Positions 1-9,991 of a stretch of 64,000 nucleotides of DNA are shown here, piece after piece; the stretch's first letter is position 1, and each line of letters starts with the position of its first letter. A model generated the notes under the pieces. It had not been told where the DNA came from and did no database searches. It saw only the letters and a list, made by a program, of their open reading frames with translations. Source of the DNA: a virus. The stretch spans positions 11,471 to 75,470 of IMG/VR virus record IMGVR_UViG_3300018059_000012. One strand, given 5' to 3'. The position numbers and the translations under genes are program-made.

Positions 1-209
1 CGGATGTCGTGCTCGTTAAGCAAGAACACTCTGGCTTGGTAACACACAATCACAATGTTGGCAGCATCATGGAACGGGTGGTGCAGAAAGTCCAGGCGCT
101 TCGTGTTGGTGCGGCCAAGCAAATCGGAGCATCATCAACATTAGCCTTGCCAACAGTCAAGAAGAATGGCAAGCCGCACGACCCACGTCCGCCTCGAGGA
201 GGCTAACAC

Positions 210-389
210 ATGCCAGTCAATCCGCAATCTCCGCAGTGCTCGTCGATTCATCTGTTCGTCTGGGGCAATGACAACAACGGACGAGCGCCTAGCGATGGTC
301 CACAGCCGAACGAGCCACCACCCGGTACGCTGTGCGTCTGTAAGGCGACGAGCTGGATCGCTGAGAAGCAAAAGGCTGGCCTCGCGTAG
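210..389 (+). CDS. Hypothetical protein (59 aa)
   Basis: GAGGAGG SD before ATG 210; stop abuts next ORF. Confidence 0.6.
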   Translation: MPVNPQSPQCSSIHLFVWGNDNNGRAPSDGPQPNEPPPGTLCVCKATSWIAEKQKAGLA

Positions 390-637
390 TGGATCCATCG
401 CGTATTGCGATCTTGACCCATGAACGACTCCACTGGCAGGAGGAAGCGGAGCGATTCAACAAGATCGTGCATGCGCAGCGCGAGCGCATAAGAAAGTTGG
501 AGGGGAGTCCGAACACGCTGGTACTCCGGCGGGTGGTCACGTTTCTCCAAGTGATCGAGCCGGTGCTGTTGCGAGCTGATCATCGAGAGGATCGAATGGA
601 TCTCGAGAAAAAGGTGAGGGGGATGTTGGATGTCTAA
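389..637 (+). CDS. Hypothetical protein
   Basis: ORF tiling with neighbours. Confidence 0.65.
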   Translation: MDPSRIAILTHERLHWQEEAERFNKIVHAQRERIRKLEGSPNTLVLRRVVTFLQVIEPVLLRADHREDRMDLEKKVRGMLDV

Positions 638-1061
638 GTTTCCACATGTCGCACAACTTGGGGCTGAAGGCCCACCCTGTACATGCCCAGCGATCGATCC
701 GATTTTGTTTGAGGATCCATCAGCGCATCAGGCTGCTTGTCCACATGGGGAGTGGCTGCTTCAGCGTCGTGAGATCGAACAATCAGGTGACTTGGATCGG
801 ACGACATCGTTCGATCCACCTGAGCAGGATGGGCCGATACATGTTCGTCTGCCACAGCCGGGCGGGCGGTTCATATCTGTGACTGTATGTCCATGCCAGG
901 CGATTCTTGCTGATGAAGCCAAGAGCTTCGAAGAGGAGGCGCAAGGCTATCCGGCTGGGAGTCCTGAGAACACCGCCCTGTTGATGCACGGTGAATTCCT
1001 CAAGCAGCTCGCGTCACGCATCATGGTCAGGAAAAAGTTCACGGCGATGGTGCAGTCATGA
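630..1061 (+). CDS. Hypothetical protein
   Basis: ORF tiling, purine-rich SD. Confidence 0.65.
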   Translation: MSKFPHVAQLGAEGPPCTCPAIDPILFEDPSAHQAACPHGEWLLQRREIEQSGDLDRTTSFDPPEQDGPIHVRLPQPGGRFISVTVCPCQAILADEAKSFEEEAQGYPAGSPENTALLMHGEFLKQLASRIMVRKKFTAMVQS

Positions 1062-1408
1062 TGGAACACTACATGTGCCCACGCTGCAGGCGGTCGATGA
1101 CAACCAGTGAACCACTACCTCCTCCCGTACCACCTGGATGTATCTGGTGCGTAATGCTGGATCACCAAGGTGTCCCGCTGACGCATCTTGGTGTCTCGAT
1201 CGAACCCACTGAAATGGCCAAGCAGTTCCCACCTGGAACAAAGGTCAAGCACATTCTCACGGAGCAGGATATGGTAGTGCTTGAACTTGAAGGTGATGGC
1301 TCGACAGGGTGGTTCACAGCGCGTGACAAGAGTATGGGAACGCACAGGGTCCGCTACGTTGAAGTGACACTCCCGACACCGATGCGTGAGCATGGGCAGT
1401 ATCTCTAG
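1058..1408 (+). CDS. Hypothetical protein with CxxC...CxxC zinc finger
   Basis: CPRC and CIWC pairs; ATGA overlap. Confidence 0.65.
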   Translation: MMEHYMCPRCRRSMTTSEPLPPPVPPGCIWCVMLDHQGVPLTHLGVSIEPTEMAKQFPPGTKVKHILTEQDMVVLELEGDGSTGWFTARDKSMGTHRVRYVEVTLPTPMREHGQYL

Positions 1409-3151
1409 ATGAACAGAAAAGTCTTGGTGCTCGGGGCGAGTGGAATCATCGGGCAGCATCTTCGTCGATGGCAGCCCGAGAATTTACAAGTGACGTATGC
1501 GAGTCGCCAGGAGTTGCCATGGCAGACCAGTGTGCAGGTGGATTTCAAGACTGACGCTGATGTCGAGCGATTCTGTGATCTCTGGGACGCCGATGTCGTA
1601 ATCAACCTGATTGGGGAGAACAGCCCTGATCGAGTAGAGCAGAATCCTGAGGAGTACTGGTTCCAGAACGGTGAGATTCCACTCGCGCTTAAGCGCTGGT
1701 CGGAGCGACGCAAACGCTGGTTGATCCACGTCAGCACGCAGGCGGTGTTCGGGGGACGAATCCCACCGTATCGGGCAGTGTTGCCCCCGGCTGACGTTGA
1801 TCGTCCTGTGAATGAATACGGGAAACAGAAGCTCAAGGCCGAACAGCTCATGATGATGCGGCATCAGGAGACACTGGTGTATCTGGTCAGGCTGACATTC
1901 GTCCTTGGCATTAGACCATTTCCAGGTGTCGGGCGGGCGAATCCACTTGAACAGATGTATCAGTACACGATGCTGGCAATGACTGACAGGGTACATCGGC
2001 AGCGTCAGGTCGCCGATCGCTGGTTCTCACCCTGTTTCGCGAACGATGCGGCGGCGTTTCTCTGGCAGCTGGTTAACACATTCACTCCGATGGATCCACT
2101 CCTGGAGCGATTTATGCTTAGGCGTCGGATCTTTAACGTTGGACTTCCGATGAAAGTGAGTCGGGCTGACATCAACTACATAGCCGCGGCGAACCTGCTT
2201 TATCAACAGGGACGACTCCCAGAAAATTTGCACCGCAACGATGTTATGCTGGAGGTAGGACACGACAGAGCATTTCCAGGACTCGCGCAGCGCCCGATCG
2301 ATACGACGTTTGCCAGTGATGCCGTGCACGATGAAACATGGGATGAGGCCATCAACGTCTGTACAGCGGAGTGGAGGATACGGATGGATCGACAGAGTGA
2401 ACACGACAGAGCATTGGAGATTTCCCTGTTCCTGGGCGTGCGCGAGGGTGAGGCGCGAGTCCAGCTGATGCGCGGATTCGGAGCGTTGCACGGTGAGGTC
2501 GCCAACGATTTCAGGGCGGCGCGGGTGCGGAAGCAGAAGTGGACGGACTTCGATCTGCTGATGTGGTACAAGCAGACCAACGCCTACATCTGGGAGCTGA
2601 GTGCCTACCACCTCAACGAAGGATTCAACTACAGCGGGATGTGCTCAGGGATCTCCCAGCACCTGCTGAAGGAGTACGGGAACGCTGCTACAGTGGTGGC
2701 GCTCGGCGATGGCATCGGTGATCTCACGATCAGCATGGAAGAGCACGGGCTCAATGCGGTGTATCACGACCTGCTTGGCAGTCAGACTGCCCGCTTCGCC
2801 TCGTTCCGGTTTCAGCGGCGTGGATACACGCCACTGCTGATGCTCACCGATGACTGGGCACCACCGAAGCTGCTCGATCCTACGGTTGGCGGACCAATCA
2901 TGGCAGTTGTCGCGCTCGATTTCTTCGAGCACCTAATCAACGTCGAGGACTGGGCAGAGAGCGTGTTCGAGATGCTGGCCCATGGTGGGCAGTTTCTCGC
3001 GCAGAATGCGTTCGGCATCGGTGATGAGGAACACGAAGGCAGCATCCCGATGCATCTCACGCGCAACAACAAGTACGTTACCGAGTGGGAGCCACTTCTC
3101 AGCAAGATCGGATTTCAGAAGTTGCCGAGTGGCTGGTGGGTCAAGCCATGA
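1409..3151 (+). CDS. RmlD-like NAD(P)-dependent nucleotide-sugar reductase fused to class I SAM methyltransferase
   Basis: VLGASGIIG Rossmann motif, HVST, YGKQK (YxxxK), DRWFSP; C-terminal ALGDGIG motif I and LDFFEHL. Confidence 0.85.
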   Translation: MNRKVLVLGASGIIGQHLRRWQPENLQVTYASRQELPWQTSVQVDFKTDADVERFCDLWDADVVINLIGENSPDRVEQNPEEYWFQNGEIPLALKRWSERRKRWLIHVSTQAVFGGRIPPYRAVLPPADVDRPVNEYGKQKLKAEQLMMMRHQETLVYLVRLTFVLGIRPFPGVGRANPLEQMYQYTMLAMTDRVHRQRQVADRWFSPCFANDAAAFLWQLVNTFTPMDPLLERFMLRRRIFNVGLPMKVSRADINYIAAANLLYQQGRLPENLHRNDVMLEVGHDRAFPGLAQRPIDTTFASDAVHDETWDEAINVCTAEWRIRMDRQSEHDRALEISLFLGVREGEARVQLMRGFGALHGEVANDFRAARVRKQKWTDFDLLMWYKQTNAYIWELSAYHLNEGFNYSGMCSGISQHLLKEYGNAATVVALGDGIGDLTISMEEHGLNAVYHDLLGSQTARFASFRFQRRGYTPLLMLTDDWAPPKLLDPTVGGPIMAVVALDFFEHLINVEDWAESVFEMLAHGGQFLAQNAFGIGDEEHEGSIPMHLTRNNKYVTEWEPLLSKIGFQKLPSGWWVKP

Positions 3152-3522
3152 TCCTGAGCAGGGACGAAGCCAGAGACGTGATCAAGGAATTTCTCGAGGA
3201 AATCGCGACAGCGCCGAGCGAAGATGAGGCACATTACGATGTCGAGACTCTCCTTGATAAGCTGTATCTGATGCCAGATCTTGATGTCGTGGTACTCCCG
3301 CTGAAAAAGGTGGAGCAGATCGCGGGATTACTCCATCAAGGGACGATGAAGCTGCTGATGCACACGGATCTCGCCACAGTAGAGCAGGTCCACAACGAGC
3401 GGGATCGGCAGCTGAGTCCGTATCTGGGTGCGCGCGAGCTATACTTTCTCAAGAGCGCGTTAGTTCACAACGCTTGGACAGCTCGCTGGCTCGTGATGAA
3501 CGCGAAGGAGAATCCGACATGA
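3148..3522 (+). CDS. Hypothetical protein
   Basis: ATGA overlap at both ends. Confidence 0.7.
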   Translation: MILSRDEARDVIKEFLEEIATAPSEDEAHYDVETLLDKLYLMPDLDVVVLPLKKVEQIAGLLHQGTMKLLMHTDLATVEQVHNERDRQLSPYLGARELYFLKSALVHNAWTARWLVMNAKENPT

Positions 3523-4412
3523 GCAGGCGTCTCGATATCGGCATCGCAAGCTACGGTAATCCAGCAGGGTTGCAGCGCCTGCTCGAGTCGTTGATGAAGA
3601 CCTGTACAACGGATTGGCGGGCAGTCATCGTAGTGAATTCACATCCTGATCAGGAGCAAAATGACGCTGTGAACCGGATCCTCAAGGGCTGGGAAGATAT
3701 CGACAGCAACGAGGATGGCGAGCGTCAACGGATCAAGCTGATTCGTCCGAAGGGAAACATCGGTTACGTCGGCGCGGTGAATCGGATCATGCAGGAGTGC
3801 GAGAGTGAGTACATCGCCTATTGCGATCACGACGTCGTGCATCACAGCAATGGGTGGGATGAACTGATGGCACTGACACTGGATCGCTATCATGAGTTGG
3901 GGATTGTGTTTCCCAACGGTGGACCATATCCGATTCCTCGGGCGATGTACGTCGAGATCCTCTGGGGTGTCGGGTGTAACTGGATGATGTCCAGGCGTGT
4001 CGCGGCCGAAGTTGGCGGATTCGATCCTGAGATCGGGCATCATGAAGAGGTTGACTACCAGATCAGACTCCGCCTGGCTGGCTATAAGATCGCCGCGCTG
4101 CCGCAGATTCAGGTACAGCACATGGCGGTGGCATCCAGTGATCCAGCTTCGCAGGATCGGATCAGCAAGGGTGTAATCAACTGGGTCAACAAGTGGGTGC
4201 GCTACTTCGGTGGGCAGAATATGTCCTACTTCGCGAGCAATGTCTTGCGCCACGAAGACTGGCCGACTAGTGCGCTCTACCTCGAGGAATACTTCAAGCA
4301 GGCACTCCCGAATCTGAATCTCAATCCGGAAGTGGTAGTGGTCAACGGACAGGAGTTCGATCTCATCAAGGTGCCCAGGCTCAAGGGCTTCTACCGGTCA
4401 CGCATCATCTAG
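3519..4412 (+). CDS. Glycosyltransferase family 2
   Basis: IGIASYG, NIGYVGAVN, YCDHD (DxD), VGGFDP, EEVDYQIR. Confidence 0.9.
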   Translation: MSRRLDIGIASYGNPAGLQRLLESLMKTCTTDWRAVIVVNSHPDQEQNDAVNRILKGWEDIDSNEDGERQRIKLIRPKGNIGYVGAVNRIMQECESEYIAYCDHDVVHHSNGWDELMALTLDRYHELGIVFPNGGPYPIPRAMYVEILWGVGCNWMMSRRVAAEVGGFDPEIGHHEEVDYQIRLRLAGYKIAALPQIQVQHMAVASSDPASQDRISKGVINWVNKWVRYFGGQNMSYFASNVLRHEDWPTSALYLEEYFKQALPNLNLNPEVVVVNGQEFDLIKVPRLKGFYRSRII

Positions 4413-4429
4413 ACAGGGAGAGTTAAGAT

Positions 4430-5290
4430 ATGACCTACAAGCGCGAGGATGTAGCGTGCATGATGCGGATCAGGAACGAAGCCCGCTGGATTCGTGAGGT
4501 AATCAGCAAAGCGTTTCAGGTTGTTGGAACTGTGGTGGTACTCGACGATGGGAGTGATGATCAGACTGTTGCAGAGTGTGTCGCAGCCTGGTCAGGGCAT
4601 GTTGATGTAGTTCCGAATCATGATACATTTGTCCTGAGATCTGATGAAGCTACGTTGCACGTTATTCGTTCGCCATTCAGGCCGGCAACGCGTACCTCAC
4701 AAGCAGTGAGTGAAATCCGGGACAAGAATTTTCTCTGGGAATACTGCAAGAGCAAGGTATTGTTCAGGCACATGCTCTGTCTCGATGGTGATGAGGTCCC
4801 GAGTCAGGTATTCATCAGGGATTTTCATCAGATCATCATCTGGCTCGAGAAGCAAGTAGATGTCGTGAACATCCCATTCATCTACCTCTGGGATGGGAAC
4901 AATCAGCGGCGCGTGGATGGGATCTATGGGAACCTGCCTGATGGGCAACCGCGTCTTCGGTTTCCACGCCTATTCACCATCGATCGGATTACGCCTGATC
5001 AGCTCCACATCATGCGATTCGCCTGGGAGGGGAGCAAGGGTGGCTTTCACTGTGGCTCTATCCCGCAGGAGAACTTTAGACCGAATGGTGGGGAGAAAGT
5101 GATAGCGACATTTGGGCGAGCACTGATTCACTACGGCTATCGTGATGATGCGGATCGGCGTCGGAAGTACGTCTTCTACAACCAGATCGATCCGGGTAAC
5201 AAGTTCGAAGGGGAGTACAAGCACATCATTGGAGAGCCGAACGTGCATGCTCCAGGTGCTGTTGAGTTGATTTCATGGGACGATAAATGA
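4430..5290 (+). CDS. Glycosyltransferase family 2 (LgtF/KdtX-like)
   Basis: RNEARWI, VLDDGSDDQT, LCLDGDE, LIHYGY. Confidence 0.9.
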   Translation: MTYKREDVACMMRIRNEARWIREVISKAFQVVGTVVVLDDGSDDQTVAECVAAWSGHVDVVPNHDTFVLRSDEATLHVIRSPFRPATRTSQAVSEIRDKNFLWEYCKSKVLFRHMLCLDGDEVPSQVFIRDFHQIIIWLEKQVDVVNIPFIYLWDGNNQRRVDGIYGNLPDGQPRLRFPRLFTIDRITPDQLHIMRFAWEGSKGGFHCGSIPQENFRPNGGEKVIATFGRALIHYGYRDDADRRRKYVFYNQIDPGNKFEGEYKHIIGEPNVHAPGAVELISWDDK

Positions 5291-5472
5291 TCTGGATCAG
5301 GCTCGCGATCACAGCGTTTCTGGTGTTCATGATCTACCGAGAGACCGGGATCTGGACCGCGACCGCCTTCGCATTGTTGACGCTGACCATCGAGTTGATT
5401 GTGAAGGTGCTCAAAGAGATCGAACGCTCACTCGATTTGCTCATGCGGCGTGCGATCAAGGGAGATGTCTGA
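5287..5472 (+). CDS. Small membrane protein
   Basis: Two hydrophobic segments; ATGA overlap. Confidence 0.7.
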   Translation: MIWIRLAITAFLVFMIYRETGIWTATAFALLTLTIELIVKVLKEIERSLDLLMRRAIKGDV

Positions 5473-5702
5473 TGCCAGGCAGTGTGCATTCGTGCTCAGC
5501 GCGTCCTCGTGGTGAGCCATCAGCAGTCTTTGCAGATGGGCACTGGATTCTCGGTGATGATATGAGTGGTGAAGTTTTTGTGCGTCATCTCCGCTACTGC
5601 CCGTGGTGCGGAGTGGTACTTGCATTACCAGAGACGACACGTCCATACGCGGGGCCTGTTGAATTCTGCCAGGTCTGCCGTGGTCCGTGTCAAGGTCACT
5701 AA
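5472..5702 (+). CDS. Small Cys-rich hypothetical protein
   Basis: YCPWCG and CQVC; GGAG SD. Confidence 0.65.
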   Translation: MPGSVHSCSARPRGEPSAVFADGHWILGDDMSGEVFVRHLRYCPWCGVVLALPETTRPYAGPVEFCQVCRGPCQGH

Positions 5703-5705
5703 GCG

Positions 5706-5876
5706 ATGAGGTGCTGGTTCAGGCGTCAGCGCTCGCGGCTCGAGTTGAAATACTGTACGTATGCGGAGGCTGATCAGCTCATCAGGAGTACACAGGGGGC
5801 GTGGACGATCGCGCCAGAGGAAGATCAGAATCACGTGTTCGGCATGGTCTATCTTGAACGGTTGGAGGCACGATGA
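5706..5876 (+). CDS. Hypothetical protein (56 aa, below ORF-track cutoff)
   Basis: Fills the gap exactly; ATGA overlap with next ORF. Confidence 0.55.
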   Translation: MRCWFRRQRSRLELKYCTYAEADQLIRSTQGAWTIAPEEDQNHVFGMVYLERLEAR

Positions 5877-6109
5877 TGAGAGTGATGATGCTGGTGTTCA
5901 GTCTGCTATGTCTTGGTGGATGCGCGGATCTCCTGATCCTCACCGCGATCACGATCAAGTGCGGACCAATGCCGATGTCTGCGAGCGATTGTGAAGGCGG
6001 ACGAGGCTGGGGATTCACGCCATCACTGCCGCCACCCAAGCCTATGGAGATTTGTGAAGCCTGGGTCGATTCCCTCATCGCTGATGCGCTCGGGTGTGTG
6101 ATGCCATGA
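5873..6109 (+). CDS. Putative lipoprotein
   Basis: Hydrophobic N-terminus ending in LGGC lipobox; GGAGG SD. Confidence 0.55.
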   Translation: MMRVMMLVFSLLCLGGCADLLILTAITIKCGPMPMSASDCEGGRGWGFTPSLPPPKPMEICEAWVDSLIADALGCVMP

Positions 6110-6489
6110 CCCTACGCGCGGACCTGGAGGCCATCGAGGCCAGAGTGGCGGCGGCGACGAAGGGGGAGTGGCTACCCGGCGATGCGCACAAGCAGTACAA
6201 GCTCCCCTTGGAAGGTCACGTTTTTTGCGATGGACGCCTCGTGGCAAACTGTCATGGTCACCAAGACGGCCACGAGCAGACGCGCCAAGAGAATAACGAC
6301 AACGCACGATTCATCGCCCACGCCCACCAGGACCTCCCACGCCTAGTGCAGGGGCTGCGGCTGGCCATCACGGCGCTAGATCAGACGGCCAAGATCGTAG
6401 ACCGCCGTTATCGCCACGCCGCCACGATTGCTGAGCAGGCCCTGGCCGCTATCGACGCCATCAGTGAGGACAAGGGAGGTGAGAAGTGA
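6106..6489 (+). CDS. Ead/Ea22-like phage protein
   Basis: AAATKGEW...NARFIAHA.QDLPRLV pattern typical of this family. Confidence 0.65.
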   Translation: MTLRADLEAIEARVAAATKGEWLPGDAHKQYKLPLEGHVFCDGRLVANCHGHQDGHEQTRQENNDNARFIAHAHQDLPRLVQGLRLAITALDQTAKIVDRRYRHAATIAEQALAAIDAISEDKGGEK

Positions 6490-6710
6490 TGGACGAACTA
6501 CGAATGGACAAAGGGGATGTGACAGTCGAAGAGATCGACGAGGAATGCGACGCGTGCACGGTCGGGCCGCCCACGCATATCGTGAGGCTCAACATTCGAT
6601 CCGCTGGTGAGGCCCACGAGCTTGGGCGCTATTGCAAGGCGTGCGCGAAGAGCGTCGCTGAAAGAATCCGGGACGGCCTCCCCCACGCGCTGGGCCAGGA
6701 GGGGGAGTGA
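6486..6710 (+). CDS. Zn-finger hypothetical protein
   Basis: CDAC and CKAC; GGAGG SD. Confidence 0.65.
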   Translation: MMDELRMDKGDVTVEEIDEECDACTVGPPTHIVRLNIRSAGEAHELGRYCKACAKSVAERIRDGLPHALGQEGE

Positions 6711-6937
6711 TGGTCTTCATGACGCTCAACTCGGAGTACACGATGGAAGAGAAGTCTCCGGGTGTGTTCATCATCACCAAGACCAAGGAGTTGAAACCCA
6801 GCCGATTCAACGATGTAGGCCAGCAGCGTATGAGCAGTGAGGCGCGCGTCGTCGTGGGTGAGTGCGCGCAGTTTGACTCGTGGCATACCAGCAGGGTTGT
6901 GAGCATCGACACCCCCGGAGGCCCGCTCAATGGATAA
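6707..6937 (+). CDS. Hypothetical protein
   Basis: SD and ORF tiling. Confidence 0.65.
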   Translation: MMVFMTLNSEYTMEEKSPGVFIITKTKELKPSRFNDVGQQRMSSEARVVVGECAQFDSWHTSRVVSIDTPGGPLNG

Positions 6938-7331
6938 GCGCACGGCGCGGCGGGCGGCTGAGTGGGCGCACGAGTGGCTCAATGGTAAAGAGTCGCTGGC
7001 GGAGCTGCTGGGGCGGTTCTCCATTCACGAGATCGCGGTCTGGCGACGGAAATATGAGGCCGACGCCATCGCGCGGGCCGTGTGGGCGGAGAACGAGCGG
7101 TGCATTCGTGCGATCTGTCTTGCGTGTCGTGAGGCTGACGACAGCGAAGGCCCGGAAGCGGAGTATCAAGCTGACCCATCGCCAATGTGGTGGCATGGAA
7201 CGAAAGAGTGTAAGGCAGCAGCCCTCCGCGCGTCGTCGCCCCCGGAGATTCCCGCTGCTATAAGTTGGCTAGCGCACGATAGTCACGGGTGCGCGAAGTG
7301 TTCCCCTTTGCCCCCGGAGGTGACGCGGTGA
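6930..7331 (+). CDS. Hypothetical protein
   Basis: GGAGG SD and ORF tiling. Confidence 0.6.
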   Translation: MDKRTARRAAEWAHEWLNGKESLAELLGRFSIHEIAVWRRKYEADAIARAVWAENERCIRAICLACREADDSEGPEAEYQADPSPMWWHGTKECKAAALRASSPPEIPAAISWLAHDSHGCAKCSPLPPEVTR

Positions 7332-7425
7332 GCAACCCCTCCGGCGGTCATATGGAATGCCTCTTGGCCGGTAAGTGCATGTGTGAACCCTGGAAGAAGC
7401 CGCGCAAGAAGAAGAGGACCCCGCG

Positions 7426-7722
7426 ATGAGCGAGGCGACAAGGACACCAATGGGTATCTCAGGTTATCTCATCACGACAAGTGGGAAGGAGCCGAAAGCG
7501 ATGACGGACCAGCCCCGCGACGCCACAAGACAACCGACCTTCACCGAGCGCAAAGTGTTGGAGCTGATCGCCCTGAAGCAGGATTACGTAGCCGACACGA
7601 TCCACCCGCGCGCGTTCACCGCGTGTTGGGCGGCGGGGTGGATCGCCGCGAACCCGCAGAATGAAGAGTACCCCGACGCGGTGATCTTGACAGATACAGG
7701 TCGGAGGGCTCTTGATGCCTGA
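7426..7722 (+). CDS. Hypothetical protein, possible winged helix
   Basis: C-terminal LTDTGRRAL wing-like motif. Confidence 0.55.
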   Translation: MSEATRTPMGISGYLITTSGKEPKAMTDQPRDATRQPTFTERKVLELIALKQDYVADTIHPRAFTACWAAGWIAANPQNEEYPDAVILTDTGRRALDA

Positions 7723-8500
7723 CCCCCGCGACGCGGGCGTGGAGGCGGCGCGCAAGATTGTCGATAGGTTCATTGTGCTCAGCACGGAGGGTGAAACGAA
7801 CGTTGAAGCACCTGAGACGCTGGTCCAGGCCATCGCCGCCTACACCGACGCCGCCGTGAAGGGGAAGGATGAGCATATTGCTCAACTGGAACGCGAGCGC
7901 AGGAAGGCCGATCAACTCAGTGACGATCACGTGCGTAGGCTGATCGACGATGTTTATGGCTTGACAGTTCGCCTCGCCGCTGCGGAGGGGGAAGTGAGCC
8001 GCCTGTTTAGCGTCCTTGCCAGTAAGGAAGAAGATCGCCTGCATACAGACCAGGAGACGACCAAGGCCATTGAGGAGTTGATTGCTGAGCGCGACACGCT
8101 CAAGGCCGTGCGGGATCAGTTGCGGGTCAACGTCGCGGCGATCACTGAAAAGGTATCGCGTTACGACCGGGAGGTTGGCGAGCTTAAGGCCGCCGTCGAG
8201 CAGGCGCTAGCGCGGATCGACACGACGCTACGCGCCGCATCCGAGGAGCGGTATCAAGAGATGGCGAGGTGGGAGGCGGAGGCGCTAAAATGGAAGGCTG
8301 AAGGAGATATGTACGGCTGGAACTTCTTCCAGGGCATGAAGTCCGGAGCCAACTGGTGCGACATCATCTATCGGCGCATCGGGCGCGAGGTCGCAGCGAT
8401 CCGCGAAGAGCGGGCCGCCCTCATCGCGGTGTCAAGTATCGACATACGTCCAGCGACGTTATCTATGGAGACGTACGAAGGATTCAAGGGGAGTGACTGA
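7712..8500 (+). CDS. Coiled-coil hypothetical protein
   Basis: Heptad-rich E/R/A/L composition. Confidence 0.7.
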   Translation: MMPDPRDAGVEAARKIVDRFIVLSTEGETNVEAPETLVQAIAAYTDAAVKGKDEHIAQLERERRKADQLSDDHVRRLIDDVYGLTVRLAAAEGEVSRLFSVLASKEEDRLHTDQETTKAIEELIAERDTLKAVRDQLRVNVAAITEKVSRYDREVGELKAAVEQALARIDTTLRAASEERYQEMARWEAEALKWKAEGDMYGWNFFQGMKSGANWCDIIYRRIGREVAAIREERAALIAVSSIDIRPATLSMETYEGFKGSD

Positions 8501-8847
8501 TGTGCGTCATCGAATTCGATCCCGTTGAAGTCTGGGAGGAGCATACACGCAAGGCGCGGAAACACCACCGCTGTTCCTGCTGCCGTGCCCCAATTAGATC
8601 AGGTGAACAGTACAGGACCATCTTCGCGGTGGGTGAGGATGGCATGCTGTTCGAGAAGTCCTGTGAGGCCTGCGGGATCGCACGGGATGAGTTCGCCGAG
8701 GCTCACGATGGGAGTAGTCCAAATCCAACATCATTCATCCAGGTCCTCAATGCATGTATCGCCGAGGGTGACCGGGCGAGCGAAGAGCAGTGGCGACCGA
8801 TGCTCAAAGTACTCGAACTGCGAAAGGGGCAGTATGCACAAGGATGA
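8500..8847 (+). CDS. Conserved phage Zn-binding protein
   Basis: RKARKHHRCSCC..I..GEQY...CEAC. Confidence 0.7.
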   Translation: MCVIEFDPVEVWEEHTRKARKHHRCSCCRAPIRSGEQYRTIFAVGEDGMLFEKSCEACGIARDEFAEAHDGSSPNPTSFIQVLNACIAEGDRASEEQWRPMLKVLELRKGQYAQG

Positions 8848-8995
8848 AGCCGAGTGGGCGCATCAGTGCAGACAGTGTGGCAAGCGGTGGGCGTGGATCA
8901 ACATGGAACGTGGGTACGGCGTCCCAGGGCTCATCAGGCTTCTCATGCGCGTCCCACTGCTCGGGATGCACTATTACATTACCTGCCCACGATGA
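8834..8995 (+). CDS. Small Zn-ribbon hypothetical protein
   Basis: CRQC...CP; AAGGGG SD. Confidence 0.45.
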   Translation: MHKDEAEWAHQCRQCGKRWAWINMERGYGVPGLIRLLMRVPLLGMHYYITCPR

Positions 8996-9073
8996 GTGAT
9001 GATGAACAATGATCAGCGTGATGATGAACACCACGGGAGCATGGTGATGAAACTCACTTCAGCATCAAGACTC

Positions 9074-9102
9074 TGGACAGGCTCTCAACACTCTGCTAGT
9101 CT
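9074..9102 (+). promoter_or_regulatory. Sigma70-like promoter
   Basis: TGGACA-17 bp-TAGTCT with extended -10 TG at 9094-9095, in an intergenic gap before GAGGAG SD. Confidence 0.6.
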
Positions 9103-9125
9103 CCACCTCAAGAGGAGCGAATGAC

Positions 9126-9800
9126 ATGGAACTGAAGCTGATGGCCTTGAGTGCTGAGGATCTGAAGTACATCATGGGCAGCATGCAGACACTGCCGCTG
9201 GATCACCTGAACAGAGCGATCGGTCCGTCACTCACTCGACCCACTCGCGATCCGATGCAGGTGGTGAAGGTGCTCAGGCGTGCCGCTGAGCTCGTTGAGC
9301 TACCTGAAGGGTGGTGTCAGGGCACGCACTGTCAAGTGGATGGGCGAGAGATCCTCGGGTATGACACACTCGTCAAGATCGCACAAGCCCTCGCCCATGG
9401 TGCGCACGCGGTGAGTCGGCAGGAAGGCAAACGGCTCTTCGATGCAGCCAGTAAGGTCTGTCTCGAAGGGGCGCTGTACAAGGCAGACCTCGAGCTCTTC
9501 CCTCCACAGCCTGGTGAGCGTGAGTACATTGATGTCAATCGTGCACTGACTGCGATCGGCGTGTACATCAAGCTGCATCAGTACCGGATCGAGCTGGACC
9601 AGCGCGACCTCGACTTCTACGCGCAGCAGAAGAACAAGAATCCGCAGCAGCCGGAGATGATCGAGACACCTGAGGGGATGACGTACATTGTCCCATCCCC
9701 GTACGTCTTCAACGACTGGCGGACGACGACAGCGGAGATGGTGGCAGGACTTCTGCGCGAGGTCGCTGATTACCAGGAGCGCGTCATCACCAACGACTGA
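9126..9800 (+). CDS. Hypothetical phage protein (DUF6197-like)
   Basis: VLRRAAEL..GWCQG...CLEGAL...FND...T.E.VA.LLR pattern. Confidence 0.6.
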   Translation: MELKLMALSAEDLKYIMGSMQTLPLDHLNRAIGPSLTRPTRDPMQVVKVLRRAAELVELPEGWCQGTHCQVDGREILGYDTLVKIAQALAHGAHAVSRQEGKRLFDAASKVCLEGALYKADLELFPPQPGEREYIDVNRALTAIGVYIKLHQYRIELDQRDLDFYAQQKNKNPQQPEMIETPEGMTYIVPSPYVFNDWRTTTAEMVAGLLREVADYQERVITND

Positions 9801-9802
9801 GG

Positions 9803-9991
9803 ATGGATCCCTTGTCACGGGAACAGCGTGAAACACTCGAGGAGTTGAATCGCCGGGCGAAACGTTTGGCACGAGAAGCCCGTCCAGCGTATCGCCTCAA
9901 GCAGGAGCGTCGCTTCATTGCCTATCGCATCATCGCGCTCAGCCTGTTCATGATTCTGCTGATGGTAGGGCTGGCGGCGTACTTTCTATGA
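9803..9991 (+). CDS. Small membrane protein
   Basis: C-terminal transmembrane segment. Confidence 0.65.
   Translation: MDPLSREQRETLEELNRRAKRLAREARPAYRLKQERRFIAYRIIALSLFMILLMVGLAAYFL

Noticed and set aside
905-940. CTGATGA...GAAG hammerhead-like string
   Set aside because: Lacks GAAA and stems I and III; lies within a CDS
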